A stretch of DNA of 64,000 nucleotides from a virus. Taxonomy: Duplodnaviria; Caudoviricetes. Positions 10,465 to 20,303 of this stretch are shown here, piece by piece. The translations under genes were made by a program, and so were the position numbers. The stretch's first letter is position 1. Every line of letters begins with the position of its first letter. Under the pieces are notes generated by a model, which had not been told where the DNA came from, made no database searches, and saw nothing but the letters and a program-made list of their open reading frames with translations. The DNA is taken from positions 65,219 to 129,218 of the IMG/VR virus record IMGVR_UViG_2630968332_000001. One strand, given 5' to 3'.

Positions 10465-10938
10465 TTATTGTTTTAACTTCATTTCAAGACTAAAGGTTAA
10501 CTCTTCATTGCAATGTGGACATTTAACTACAATATAATTACCTCCACCACGTCTTTTACCCTTGTTATGAACTGCAATGTCTTTATACCTATCTTTATAC
10601 ATACCAAGTATTTCTTTGTCCTTGTCTGATATTTCCATTAACTGTGGCAATATATAATGATATAAATCTTCGTCATGTTCTTTGATATACTCTATCTTTT
10701 CTGGTGTTTCAAAAGCTGAATTAAGTTGCATAATTCTAGTAATAGTTGTGCTATTTAAATTGCCTTCTTCTCTTAATATCTTTCTCATATACCCTATCAT
10801 TTGTGAACTAATACCTGTTAATTCCGCTAAATCTACGTGTTTCATCTTGGATTCCAACAATCTTACAACATTATTGTAGATTTGTTCTACAACTGGTGTA
10901 CCATACCTGTACACACCAATATCTTCCTTGTTCTCCAT
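10465..10938 (-). CDS. HTH DNA-binding protein with a C-terminal CxxC
   Basis: XRE-like HVDLAELTGISSQMIGYM and KCPHC motifs. Confidence 0.7.
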   Translation of the reverse strand: MENKEDIGVYRYGTPVVEQIYNNVVRLLESKMKHVDLAELTGISSQMIGYMRKILREEGNLNSTTITRIMQLNSAFETPEKIEYIKEHDEDLYHYILPQLMEISDKDKEILGMYKDRYKDIAVHNKGKRRGGGNYIVVKCPHCNEELTFSLEMKLKQ

Positions 10939-10985
10939 AATCAATCCCACCCATTATAATTATTTATAAGTAAATGATAACATGA

Positions 10986-11019
10986 AAATAAGCTACAACC
11001 AAAAAGATTGTAGCTTATT
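10986..11019 (-). terminator. Terminator after the endolysin
   Basis: AATAAGCTACAATC...GTTGTAGCTTATTTT. Confidence 0.7.
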
Positions 11020-11023
11020 AAGA

Positions 11024-12298
11024 TTATATTGTTAATGTTTGACCTGGGTAGATTAGGTTTACGTTATGAATACCGTTCTTTTGAGCAATAGCCCATGCAC
11101 TCGTACCATAGCGTGCTGCAATTCCACCTAATGTATCACCATAACGTACTGTATAGCGTCTTACATTGCTTGCTTGGCTAGCTGTACCATTGATAACAAT
11201 TCGTTGTCCTGGGTAAATCCAGTTCACATTACTAATACCATTGTTACGAGCTAAAGTATAAACATTCACTCCATAACGGTTAGCAATAGCACCTAAAGTA
11301 TCGCCATAACGTACATAGTAAACAGATTGTGTTGTAGCTGGAGTATTATTACTCTTAACTTGACCTGTTACCTTTAATACTTGACCGATATATAGGTAGT
11401 TAGGATTGCTTAAACCATTTAGACTTTGTAATGCTTGCCATGTTGTGCCATAACGAGCTGCGATAGCTCCTAAAGTATCTCCAGACTTAACCACATAAGT
11501 GCCTGTTGCTTGTGGTTTATTTTGTGGTTGTGATGGTTGTTGTGCTGGCTTAGCTTGATTATTGTTATAGCTTGCACCGTAACCATTCTTAGTAATATCC
11601 TTACCATTTGGTGCTAAGGAAATGTTACCGTCTAAACCACCAGACATATATGTTGAAGTAAATTGCCAAATGGAAATTCCGTCCATAGATGGGAAGATGC
11701 TCCATACAGGTTCAGTAGTTACATTGTAGTTAGGATATGCAGCAATCCATAAACTATCTGGGAACTCTGCTAAAATTCTATGATAATCAACATGAGCTAA
11801 TGTGTATGGCTTATATGAGTAATACATAGGAGTATAGCCACAATCTCTAATATATCTCATACCATATAAGATATTGTTTGTATTGGCTTGAATATCACCA
11901 GAAGCACCAGACTCATAGTCCAAAGCTACAATACTACCTTTTGGTGCGTTAATCTTAGGCATGAAGTAGTCTAGCATTTGTTTTGTTTGCCATTGGTTAG
12001 CCCCAGTCTGCATCCAAATGTAAGTGTGCATACGTTTACCAGCGGAACGACCGTAATTCATTTGAGAATTATAAGTCCATTGGTCGTAAATATAACCGTT
12101 GATAGAACCACCAATTTGGGCAATACTAAAGCTATCTCTACCATAACCCAAGTTACCATTTGCTCCTTGATACTTAGAAACATCAGTACCATAGGAACGT
12201 GCGTCAGCAGCTTGCACACCAGCAAAGCCACCTACACCCATGAATAAAGTCATAGCTGTAACCATCGCTACAACTACTTTGTTAAATAGTTTTCTCAA
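11024..12298 (-). CDS. Endolysin: signal peptide, GH25 muramidase and three LysM domains
   Basis: Hydrophobic N-terminus ending ADA, DVSKYQG, LDYE, WQFTS, and three YxVxxGDTLxxIA repeats. Confidence 0.92.
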   Translation of the reverse strand: MRKLFNKVVVAMVTAMTLFMGVGGFAGVQAADARSYGTDVSKYQGANGNLGYGRDSFSIAQIGGSINGYIYDQWTYNSQMNYGRSAGKRMHTYIWMQTGANQWQTKQMLDYFMPKINAPKGSIVALDYESGASGDIQANTNNILYGMRYIRDCGYTPMYYSYKPYTLAHVDYHRILAEFPDSLWIAAYPNYNVTTEPVWSIFPSMDGISIWQFTSTYMSGGLDGNISLAPNGKDITKNGYGASYNNNQAKPAQQPSQPQNKPQATGTYVVKSGDTLGAIAARYGTTWQALQSLNGLSNPNYLYIGQVLKVTGQVKSNNTPATTQSVYYVRYGDTLGAIANRYGVNVYTLARNNGISNVNWIYPGQRIVINGTASQASNVRRYTVRYGDTLGGIAARYGTSAWAIAQKNGIHNVNLIYPGQTLTI

Positions 12299-12377
12299 CT
12301 AGGAAAACTCCCCTCATGTTAGTTTTCCCTCCTTTGTTGAAGACACCTCACTATTTAACTTAGTTTACATTAATTAA

Positions 12378-14747
12378 TTAGTATTTATATGGTGCTGAGA
12401 AGAAGATAGCTTTCATTTTGCTACTTCCTCCCTCATCAATGATTGGCTTAATCGCACCATCTAACATCTTTGTTAAACCTTCGCCTGTGATAGTATATGG
12501 TATTCTTACTAAAAAGATGTCATTGTCATCACAGTATTGGTTTTTAATTTTGTCGTAATTGATACGTTCTTCAAACTTTTCATCGCCACCCCAGTATTCC
12601 ACTGATTTGAAATGCTGTTCACCATCATATTCGATAGCCATATTAGCAGATGGGATATAGAAATCGAACGGTAGTGGTTGTGCATTACCAACACAATCAT
12701 TAAAAGTCTTTTGTGGTTCATAATCAATATTATGTTCAATCAGGTAATCTTCGATTTGAGCCTCACCACGCGACCTACCTTTTCTAACACAACGTGGACA
12801 TTCTGTCCCGCCATTAACAAAATTGCTAGGACTCGTCTTCCATTCATAACCGCAAGTATTGTGCTTCATAAGAATAGGTGTACTACTGTTCACATATTTA
12901 CCTAGCACAGTATACTCATCACCTCGCAATGCCGCTACTTCATCTTTATATTGTTTTGTTGTCTTTTTAAACTTACCAAAACAATGTGGACAACCAGTCC
13001 CATTTATTATATGCGACGGAGCCATCTTAAACTCTTTACCACATACGACATGTTTAAATAATGTTTTTTCCTGTGCTTTTACATATCTACCCAAAAGTAT
13101 ATACTCGTCACCACGTACTTTTTTCAATCTCTTTTCAAACTTTTCGGTAGTGATATTCTTGCCACCACCATGACATTCGGCACACATACCACGTTTATGA
13201 AGAAATTGGTTAGGGGTTTTCGTATAGATAGTACCGCATGGATTGTGCTTATATTTAATTGGTACTCTTGCACCTTTGTATTCCTCCAAAAAAGTGTATT
13301 CATCTCCAACTAAATCATATACCTCTTTTAAAAACTCCTCGTTTGTTTTCGTGGCATTTTTAATATGACACTTTATACAACGTGAACCAGATTTAAATTG
13401 TGCTGGACGTGTTTTCCATATATAGCCACACTTGTTATGACGTACCCGAATAGATGTTGAGTAGTTAACATATGGGGCTAAGAATGTATATTCATCTCCA
13501 ACCATGTCATATACTTCTTTTACCCATTCTTCATTAGTTTTGCCTCCACCTATTCTGCCCTTCTTCCATGAATGATAATTTCCAGTTCTTTTACCTCTAC
13601 ACTTTTTACAGCCTTTCCAATGTGAAAGATAATCGGCACGAACCGTAGTTACCTCACCACATGATAAATGTTTTATCTCTAATTTTGTTTTTGCATTTTC
13701 GTATTCATTTAAGATTGTATAATCTTTACCATGAACTTCGTGTAATCTTTTTACTATTTGCTCGGTAGTCATTGAACGTGATTTATCATAGCATTTTTTA
13801 CATCTTTGTCCTTGAAGATAAAAGTTATTAGGCGATATTTTAAATTCATTACCACACTCATTATGTCGACATAGTATTGGGTGCTTACTATTAACATAAT
13901 CTTCCAAAAAGACGTATTCGTCCCCAGCTACCTCTTTTACCCTTTTCGCCCACTCTTTATTGCTTATTTTACGACTATTTATTTCGCATTGTGGACATCT
14001 AGTACCAGCTAAAAAATCATGCGGTGTAACACACCATTCATACCCACAAACACTATGTTTGCATTTCATTTTAACATTAGACCTTGTATATGGTTCTGGG
14101 AATAAATACTCATCACCTGTAAGACTATGGTAATCTTTCTCCCATTGTTCCTGTGTTTTAAGCGTACCTTTGTTTTTAGCACATTTCTTACACCTTGTAC
14201 CATACAAAAAGTTCTTTGGTTTAATTTTGTAAACATAACCACATTCGTTATGTCTAACCCTCATAGCTGTTTCACGATTTTGATAAGTATCTAAAAAGGT
14301 ATACTCATCGCCCACAAGATTAAATACATCTTCTTTCCACTGTTTATCACTTTTATTATGTCTTTCAGCTTTACAGATTGGACATCTTTCGCCCTTCATA
14401 AAATCAATAGGCATAACATTAAACGTCTTACCACAAACAGTGTGTTCTGCGTGGATAGCAGTTTGATTATCAACGTAATCGCCAATGAAGTTATATTCAT
14501 CAACGCTATTGAGTTTCTTTATACCTTTAAGCCACTCGCCATTATTTTTAAACGTTCTATACTTACCACACTTTAAACACGAATTTCTGCGCATAAATTG
14601 TTTAGGTGTTATTAGATAGGTTTCGTTACAAACATTATGTTTAATTCTTAATTTTGTATAATTATTTTCATACTCATCAAGAACCTCATATTCGTCACCA
14701 TATCTCTCTTTAACTCTATCTTCAAAATTGTTTCTTCTCAAATACAT
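12378..14747 (-). CDS. Free-standing endonuclease: ten HxxC...CxxC zinc-binding repeats plus a C-terminal Vsr/DUF559-like PD-(D/E)XK domain
   Basis: Ten repeats of about 65 aa (GDEY-Y-HxxCG-P-F-CxxC), then SRGE...PFDFYIP...IEYDGEQHF. Confidence 0.85.
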   Translation of the reverse strand: MYLRRNNFEDRVKERYGDEYEVLDEYENNYTKLRIKHNVCNETYLITPKQFMRRNSCLKCGKYRTFKNNGEWLKGIKKLNSVDEYNFIGDYVDNQTAIHAEHTVCGKTFNVMPIDFMKGERCPICKAERHNKSDKQWKEDVFNLVGDEYTFLDTYQNRETAMRVRHNECGYVYKIKPKNFLYGTRCKKCAKNKGTLKTQEQWEKDYHSLTGDEYLFPEPYTRSNVKMKCKHSVCGYEWCVTPHDFLAGTRCPQCEINSRKISNKEWAKRVKEVAGDEYVFLEDYVNSKHPILCRHNECGNEFKISPNNFYLQGQRCKKCYDKSRSMTTEQIVKRLHEVHGKDYTILNEYENAKTKLEIKHLSCGEVTTVRADYLSHWKGCKKCRGKRTGNYHSWKKGRIGGGKTNEEWVKEVYDMVGDEYTFLAPYVNYSTSIRVRHNKCGYIWKTRPAQFKSGSRCIKCHIKNATKTNEEFLKEVYDLVGDEYTFLEEYKGARVPIKYKHNPCGTIYTKTPNQFLHKRGMCAECHGGGKNITTEKFEKRLKKVRGDEYILLGRYVKAQEKTLFKHVVCGKEFKMAPSHIINGTGCPHCFGKFKKTTKQYKDEVAALRGDEYTVLGKYVNSSTPILMKHNTCGYEWKTSPSNFVNGGTECPRCVRKGRSRGEAQIEDYLIEHNIDYEPQKTFNDCVGNAQPLPFDFYIPSANMAIEYDGEQHFKSVEYWGGDEKFEERINYDKIKNQYCDDNDIFLVRIPYTITGEGLTKMLDGAIKPIIDEGGSSKMKAIFFSAPYKY

Positions 14748-14776
14748 ACCACCTTTATAAAGATTAATATAATATT

Positions 14777-14818
14777 ATATTATCTCTATTATTTTATTAA
14801 AGTCAATATATATTCATG
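14777..14818 (-). promoter_or_regulatory. Sigma-A promoter of the zinc-repeat nuclease, with a shared upstream box
   Basis: TTGACT-18-TAATAT preceded by CATGAATATATA, as at the promoters near 59391 and 61933. Confidence 0.55.
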
Positions 14819-14838
14819 TAAAAATGAAGATGTTTTAG

Positions 14839-15519
14839 TTATTTCCAATAGGTTATTTGTAGCTTAGGACTTCTCCAACCGTTGTGTGCTCCATAATAAT
14901 AACCATAATGCAAATGGCTTAGGTCGTAACCTCTCACAGTTAGACCCGATAATTTATTATCTCTAAAATTATCTCCTACCCAAGTTGGTAAATCTATCCA
15001 TGCACCTTCGCCATAACTCATGCGTCTTTCTGCAACTAAGCCATTAGCTTCTTGGAAACGGTCAGACCAACCAGAACGATTGTTATGAGTACCAACCCTA
15101 GCTACACCACCAGAATAGTAATACCAGTGTGCATTACACAAATAGACCTTGACCGACTCAATTCTAGCTCCAGCCAACTTGTTCCTTATGTCACCATCAT
15201 TGAACCACATCATAGAACCTTCATCTCCCCTGTCATACACATCGTGTGCAGGCGAATAACACCCGGCGGACATGAATTTCTTTGGGTTTACCAAAGCCGA
15301 AAAACCTTTCGCAGCACCCCCGTTAATCATATTACTCCAGTAGCTCCAGCTTCCTGTCGCTTCCCATGTGTCTACATGACGTTCTTCACTCAACATAACC
15401 CATCTATGTCCGTCCCAGCCACGTATCTTAGCTTTCTTCCAGTTATGACCGTCCCATATTCTAGTGTTATGAGCTACATCCCACCAGTCATTTCCATGCC
15501 ATATCTTTACCTTACCCAA
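14839..15519 (-). CDS. Minor tail / receptor-binding-associated protein
   Basis: Trp-rich WDG repeats, C-terminal PKLQITY, last gene of the tail module. Confidence 0.6.
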   Translation of the reverse strand: MGKVKIWHGNDWWDVAHNTRIWDGHNWKKAKIRGWDGHRWVMLSEERHVDTWEATGSWSYWSNMINGGAAKGFSALVNPKKFMSAGCYSPAHDVYDRGDEGSMMWFNDGDIRNKLAGARIESVKVYLCNAHWYYYSGGVARVGTHNNRSGWSDRFQEANGLVAERRMSYGEGAWIDLPTWVGDNFRDNKLSGLTVRGYDLSHLHYGYYYGAHNGWRSPKLQITYWK

Positions 15520-15531
15520 ATAATCAACCTC

Positions 15532-16860
15532 CTAGAAACCAATCCAAATAGAACCATATGGAATTTCAACATTAGTAGGCAAACCATCTTGCAAGAATAA
15601 TCTACGTCCTTGCCACTTAGGAGCTTCACCCATTTCCACATAGTTTGTATCTGTGTCATATCGCCAGATGAGACGGTTCTTGTACCAGTCCCATGCACCT
15701 AAACGACCATTGGCGTCTTCTTTGAAATAGAATCCCATATGACCGTTGCCAAATCTAATATCCTTTTCTGTACCGCCAGCAAATTCAAGATTACCTGTTG
15801 TGTATACTCTATCGCTATACAAACCAAGCAATTCATTATTTCCATCTGGACTGATAGACATACCATCGCCATCAGACTTGGAGATATAACCCACATTACC
15901 TTTATTGCTCTTGGCACTCATGAATTGAATTGGTATAGCAGAACCTTGTACATTGCCTACAACAAATCTTAATGGTGCTGCATTACTATATGTTTGAACA
16001 CCAGACCAATCATTATTTTGGTCTTTACGAGCATATAGGTTAGCGTCAACTCCACCAACCTTATCAGCATTTAAACCATTCGTACCTGTTGTAACAACCT
16101 TTTGTCCATTAAGGTAAACATCACCTTTGGATTGAATATTTAACCCCATTTCGCCGTTACCAAACACAAGGTTATTACCGTTACGACTAATTACACTAGG
16201 TGCTGTACCTGTAGAACTTCTAAATGCTAGGTTAGCCCCATTTTCAAATACTAATGTGCCTTTGAAACTATCACCTGTACCTGTTTTACGGATATATCTG
16301 TCATCATGGTTGTGTTTTTTATATTCATTTAAAGCACTATTAACGCTGTCCGTATTGTCGTTTACTGTGTCAATTTTGCTTTGCAATTCATTCACAGCAT
16401 TAACCAAACTAGACTTGTTCCCTGTTTCTAAATCACGCAACTCACCTACTTGGCTATCCAAGTTATTAATAGCATTTTGTAATTGAACCCCACCTAGAGT
16501 CCAACCACTTTGATTAGAGCCAGAAACAGTCATTTCTTTTGATACACCAGATGGCGATGTAACCTTATAGAAGATTACGTCTGGATTATCTTGGTTTCCA
16601 ATAGCTTTTACTTCAAGAATTGAGTATTGATTGCTAGGAATTTCGCTAGGTAAACCACTCAACCCTTTAATCTTGTACACTCCAGAATGTTTAATGTTGG
16701 TAACACTGCCACTTGTAACAGTCTTGCCTTCAAATAAATACTCTTGTAATGTACCCAATTCATTTTTATTATTATCTAATACTTTAGTTGTTACTGCGTC
16801 ATTATCAAAATAGAAGACATCATCTCCCATTCTGTACCTTGTTCGCTTAATTAAGGTCAA
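15532..16860 (-). CDS. Tail fibre / baseplate fibre protein
   Basis: LETGNKSSLVNAVNEL coil, HNHDDRY and LNADKVGG fibre motifs. Confidence 0.7.
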   Translation of the reverse strand: MTLIKRTRYRMGDDVFYFDNDAVTTKVLDNNKNELGTLQEYLFEGKTVTSGSVTNIKHSGVYKIKGLSGLPSEIPSNQYSILEVKAIGNQDNPDVIFYKVTSPSGVSKEMTVSGSNQSGWTLGGVQLQNAINNLDSQVGELRDLETGNKSSLVNAVNELQSKIDTVNDNTDSVNSALNEYKKHNHDDRYIRKTGTGDSFKGTLVFENGANLAFRSSTGTAPSVISRNGNNLVFGNGEMGLNIQSKGDVYLNGQKVVTTGTNGLNADKVGGVDANLYARKDQNNDWSGVQTYSNAAPLRFVVGNVQGSAIPIQFMSAKSNKGNVGYISKSDGDGMSISPDGNNELLGLYSDRVYTTGNLEFAGGTEKDIRFGNGHMGFYFKEDANGRLGAWDWYKNRLIWRYDTDTNYVEMGEAPKWQGRRLFLQDGLPTNVEIPYGSIWIGF

Positions 16861-16879
16861 CTAACTTTTCACCTACTTA

Positions 16880-17278
16880 TTAATTAATCACTAAATCATT
16901 ATCTGTTAAATTGCCATTATCATCAGCAAATTTAGTAACTCCACTTACTAAATCACCTTTGCCCTCTTGATTATTACTGATAACCATAGTCTGTTTACGA
17001 GTTGAACCAGATGAGCCTGTAACTACCCATTCCTGTCCATTGCCCATTGCGTCTTGTACATACACAATGTCATCTTTGCTAATCCAATTATGCAAGTGTT
17101 CGGGAAGTGTGCATGTCCTTTCTACTTTATTTATCTCTACGATACATTTGTAGCCTTCTGGGTCTTGTACAACTACACCTACATAAGTTTGTGGAATGTT
17201 TAGTCGGCTAACCTTAGAGTCAACTACTACATCTACTGTATCAATAATTCCTTTTTGTAAATCATTCAAGAGTTTCAC
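16880..17278 (-). CDS. Baseplate / spike-like small protein
   Basis: Position in the tail module and beta-rich OB-like sequence. Confidence 0.55.
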   Translation of the reverse strand: MKLLNDLQKGIIDTVDVVVDSKVSRLNIPQTYVGVVVQDPEGYKCIVEINKVERTCTLPEHLHNWISKDDIVYVQDAMGNGQEWVVTGSSGSTRKQTMVISNNQEGKGDLVSGVTKFADDNGNLTDNDLVIN

Positions 17279-17285
17279 CTACTTT

Positions 17286-17987
17286 TTAGTTATAGACTTC
17301 TAAATAGCTAATAGCTGGATGTAGGTTTTGTGGCTTACTATTCCCGACAATAATAGATTGTGGGTATGGAAACCAATTTGCTGAATTGATATTAGGTTCT
17401 TTGCCTGTGCTATCATTCTTCGCTACAAACACAATACCATCTTTGCATACTGCGTCACCTAAATGGTATGTTGTACTACCATTCCAATCGCCTTTGAATG
17501 TAGCATTTAAACCTACATCACCCTTATCGCCTTTAAAAGCTACTTGACGATAAGTATCTGGGGTTAAATCTGGAGTATGGTTATTATCAGCAACCACATC
17601 TTTTAGCACCAAGAATAGATGCCCACGATAGTTAACTAGGTTTTGAAAACTATATTTAGTTTGGTTAGTCCAATTACCAACAAATCTAAATGAGTCAACA
17701 TAGTGTCGCCATTCTTCTTGCTTTTGTAAGATGTAACCCCTTACATTTTTATCGAAAAATGTTTCTAAAGCAGTCATACAATCTGTAATTCTATTCCATT
17801 GTTCTGGAGTAATCATATAGTCTTGCAATTTTGCTGTTAGAGCTTTAATTTCGTTTTGTTCATTTGTATCTAAACTTGCCTTACCCTTTAATTCGGTTAA
17901 TCTGTTAGCGTCATTAACCTTATCACTAGGTAGGTCAAATAACTCTGGGAATGTATCTATCCCATTAGGAAACACACTTCTACTCAC
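17286..17987 (-). CDS. Baseplate protein with CBM5/12-like repeats
   Basis: MSRSVFPNGIDTF N-terminus and two GxW...Y..D/N.V repeats around a short GDKGD stretch. Confidence 0.6.
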   Translation of the reverse strand: MSRSVFPNGIDTFPELFDLPSDKVNDANRLTELKGKASLDTNEQNEIKALTAKLQDYMITPEQWNRITDCMTALETFFDKNVRGYILQKQEEWRHYVDSFRFVGNWTNQTKYSFQNLVNYRGHLFLVLKDVVADNNHTPDLTPDTYRQVAFKGDKGDVGLNATFKGDWNGSTTYHLGDAVCKDGIVFVAKNDSTGKEPNINSANWFPYPQSIIVGNSKPQNLHPAISYLEVYN

Positions 17988-18026
17988 GAAGCCTTAATCC
18001 CACCTTATCATAAATTTAACTTAATT

Positions 18027-18055
18027 ATTATAACATATTGCTTACTAAAAGTCAA
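18027..18055 (-). promoter_or_regulatory. Sigma-A promoter inside the tail module
   Basis: TTGACT-17-TATAAT with TG. Confidence 0.65.
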
Positions 18056-18067
18056 TAGATATTAGTA

Positions 18068-18134
18068 AACTTTTTTAATATTATTTAATATTTTCAGAAT
18101 CCATTTTGCAACTTTTTTAATATTATTTAATATT
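18068..18134. repeat. Two perfect 25-bp direct repeats, period 42
   Basis: AACTTTTTTAATATTATTTAATATT at 18068-18092 and 18110-18134. Confidence 0.85.
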
Positions 18135-20289
18135 CATATTCAATTTTGAAACCAATACTATCAGTCTTAGCTTCACCTTCGTTAAACACATCATCAGCAT
18201 CTAATGCTTTGTCATAAAGGTTATTAAAGTGAATACCACCTACTGAAACAGTATCATGGTCTTGACTATCTTGTAACCAGTTCCAAATATCATTCCAGTT
18301 GTTTAAGGTATTAATAATGATTTGTATAGCTCTATCATTATTTCTATCTTCTTGGTTCTTAGGCACTTCTAAATATCCACCTAATTCTAATATCTTAACA
18401 GGGAATATAGACCATAAGTTGCCTTCGCCATGCAAGCCTTCAAACATCTTCTTGATACCATCTTTACCAACTAACTTCCAAATTGTCGCAGCTAATAAGA
18501 ATGCACTGGTATAATCTTCTGAAACAGCGATGGTTTGCGAACCATTCTTTTGTCCCCATGCACCTTTTAATTGTAATTCAGCTCTATCTACTAAAGCCTT
18601 TTTCTTTTGTGCAAAGCTATCGTAATCTAATGATTGGTAACGTTCACGTCCGCCATGAATAAATTCAGCAAATCCTTCTTTAAACCATTGTGGCATATCC
18701 GCAGCCTTATCAAAACCATAGTAGTCATTGCATACCCCATGAAACATTTCATGAGCCAGAACTCTATCTAAATAGTCACCACGAGAACGATTAGGAACTT
18801 CACCGTTTTGACTATTCTTAATAATGTTTCTGAAATCTCGTATATCAATACCAAGAGTTTGTACTTTAGTTGTTGGATAGCCTTGAACATAAGCCTGTTC
18901 GCCACCTTCTTCTTCTGAGAAGAAACGAACACGAATAATGTTTTTACCAGAACCACTGATACCATAACAATCTTTAATACGTTGTTCGCCAAGTGATAAC
19001 CAACCCAACTTATCAATACCGTTTTTGATTGTCTTAACAAATGGTGACTCAACATCTCCATAAGATGTACGTACATAGTGTAATTTGTGTGTATTGATAG
19101 TCATAATACCATCTACACCGAAATCAATACCTATCTTATCAATAATGTATCTGTTCTTTTCTTTGGTTACTGGATTAACAATAGTGATAATATCCTTGCC
19201 ATCTAACACATAGATAGGAACTGTTGTTATATCACATGTTTCTTGTAAATGAGCTGTTTGCCATAAATGATACTTAGCTTCTGATACGCATTGAATATCA
19301 TCACTTAAATCATTGTTTTGCACAACTTTAGTTCTCATACCAATAGCGTCAATATTGTAAGGAACACTAGGGTCGGTCAAGCCTACTTCTGCATAAGGAG
19401 TATATCTTGTCTTGGATGATGTACCACCAAATACAACAATATGATTATATAAGCCTTTAAAGTTATAATCTTCTGAAAATGAAACCATTAAATCAGACCT
19501 ATCTGCTCCTGTTGGGTCAAAGTCCCATTTAGCTGGTGTAACTTCATCTTCCTTTTGTACATCAATCTTAGTAAATTCAAACTCGCCACGCACATTAAAA
19601 CCACAAGTATAATCCATGTACATATCACGTAAATCTGTAATTATATCAAGTTTATTCGTTCCAATTTCCTTAATATAATCGTATTGAACCACTTCTTGTT
19701 CTGAGCTTTCGTGCATTTTGCCAAAGACTGTTTCACCCATTTCTTCCATAACAGAACGGATAGCACTATCAATCTTTTGTCCTCTAGGTATCTTTACTCG
19801 ATATGCTGTTGTAGCATTTTCATACAATGACATCTTATCTTCTAAAGTAAAGGTAATCGTACTATTTGTGGTATTGATACTCAGGTTTTCATTTGTAATG
19901 ACAAACGTTCCTAATAAGAAGTTGATAGGTTCTTTATTATAAGACCCCATATCAATAATGCTTTGATACAACTTAAACTGCTTATCAAACCATGCTATAC
20001 CTCCAGATTTAGGTAGATAGTCTTTATCAACCGCTAAAGTAAGTGAACCTGTACGTCTAGTAAGCGATGTTGCGTCTATTGAGATATTACCAGATATAGC
20101 TTTACCTTCGATTGTTTGATATACAGACCCATCACGATTAATAACCTGTATAACTGTATCAATATTTCTGATTGGCTGTCTTAGAACTTCACCAATTCTA
20201 CTGTCTGGTTTTACACTTAAATCACTAATGATATTAGGTAGAACGTGATTGTTACTACCTTTCATTAATTCGCCATCTGTAAAATCCAA
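18127..20289 (-). CDS. Baseplate hub (DUF5048-like) fused to an HEXXH gluzincin metallopeptidase
   Basis: N-terminal ISGNISIDATSLTRRT hub motif. C-terminal DRVLAHEMFHG...PQWFKEGFAEFIHGG. Confidence 0.75.
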   Translation of the reverse strand: MDFTDGELMKGSNNHVLPNIISDLSVKPDSRIGEVLRQPIRNIDTVIQVINRDGSVYQTIEGKAISGNISIDATSLTRRTGSLTLAVDKDYLPKSGGIAWFDKQFKLYQSIIDMGSYNKEPINFLLGTFVITNENLSINTTNSTITFTLEDKMSLYENATTAYRVKIPRGQKIDSAIRSVMEEMGETVFGKMHESSEQEVVQYDYIKEIGTNKLDIITDLRDMYMDYTCGFNVRGEFEFTKIDVQKEDEVTPAKWDFDPTGADRSDLMVSFSEDYNFKGLYNHIVVFGGTSSKTRYTPYAEVGLTDPSVPYNIDAIGMRTKVVQNNDLSDDIQCVSEAKYHLWQTAHLQETCDITTVPIYVLDGKDIITIVNPVTKEKNRYIIDKIGIDFGVDGIMTINTHKLHYVRTSYGDVESPFVKTIKNGIDKLGWLSLGEQRIKDCYGISGSGKNIIRVRFFSEEEGGEQAYVQGYPTTKVQTLGIDIRDFRNIIKNSQNGEVPNRSRGDYLDRVLAHEMFHGVCNDYYGFDKAADMPQWFKEGFAEFIHGGRERYQSLDYDSFAQKKKALVDRAELQLKGAWGQKNGSQTIAVSEDYTSAFLLAATIWKLVGKDGIKKMFEGLHGEGNLWSIFPVKILELGGYLEVPKNQEDRNNDRAIQIIINTLNNWNDIWNWLQDSQDHDTVSVGGIHFNNLYDKALDADDVFNEGEAKTDSIGFKIEYEY

Positions 20290-20303
20290 TATCTCACCTC
20301 ACC

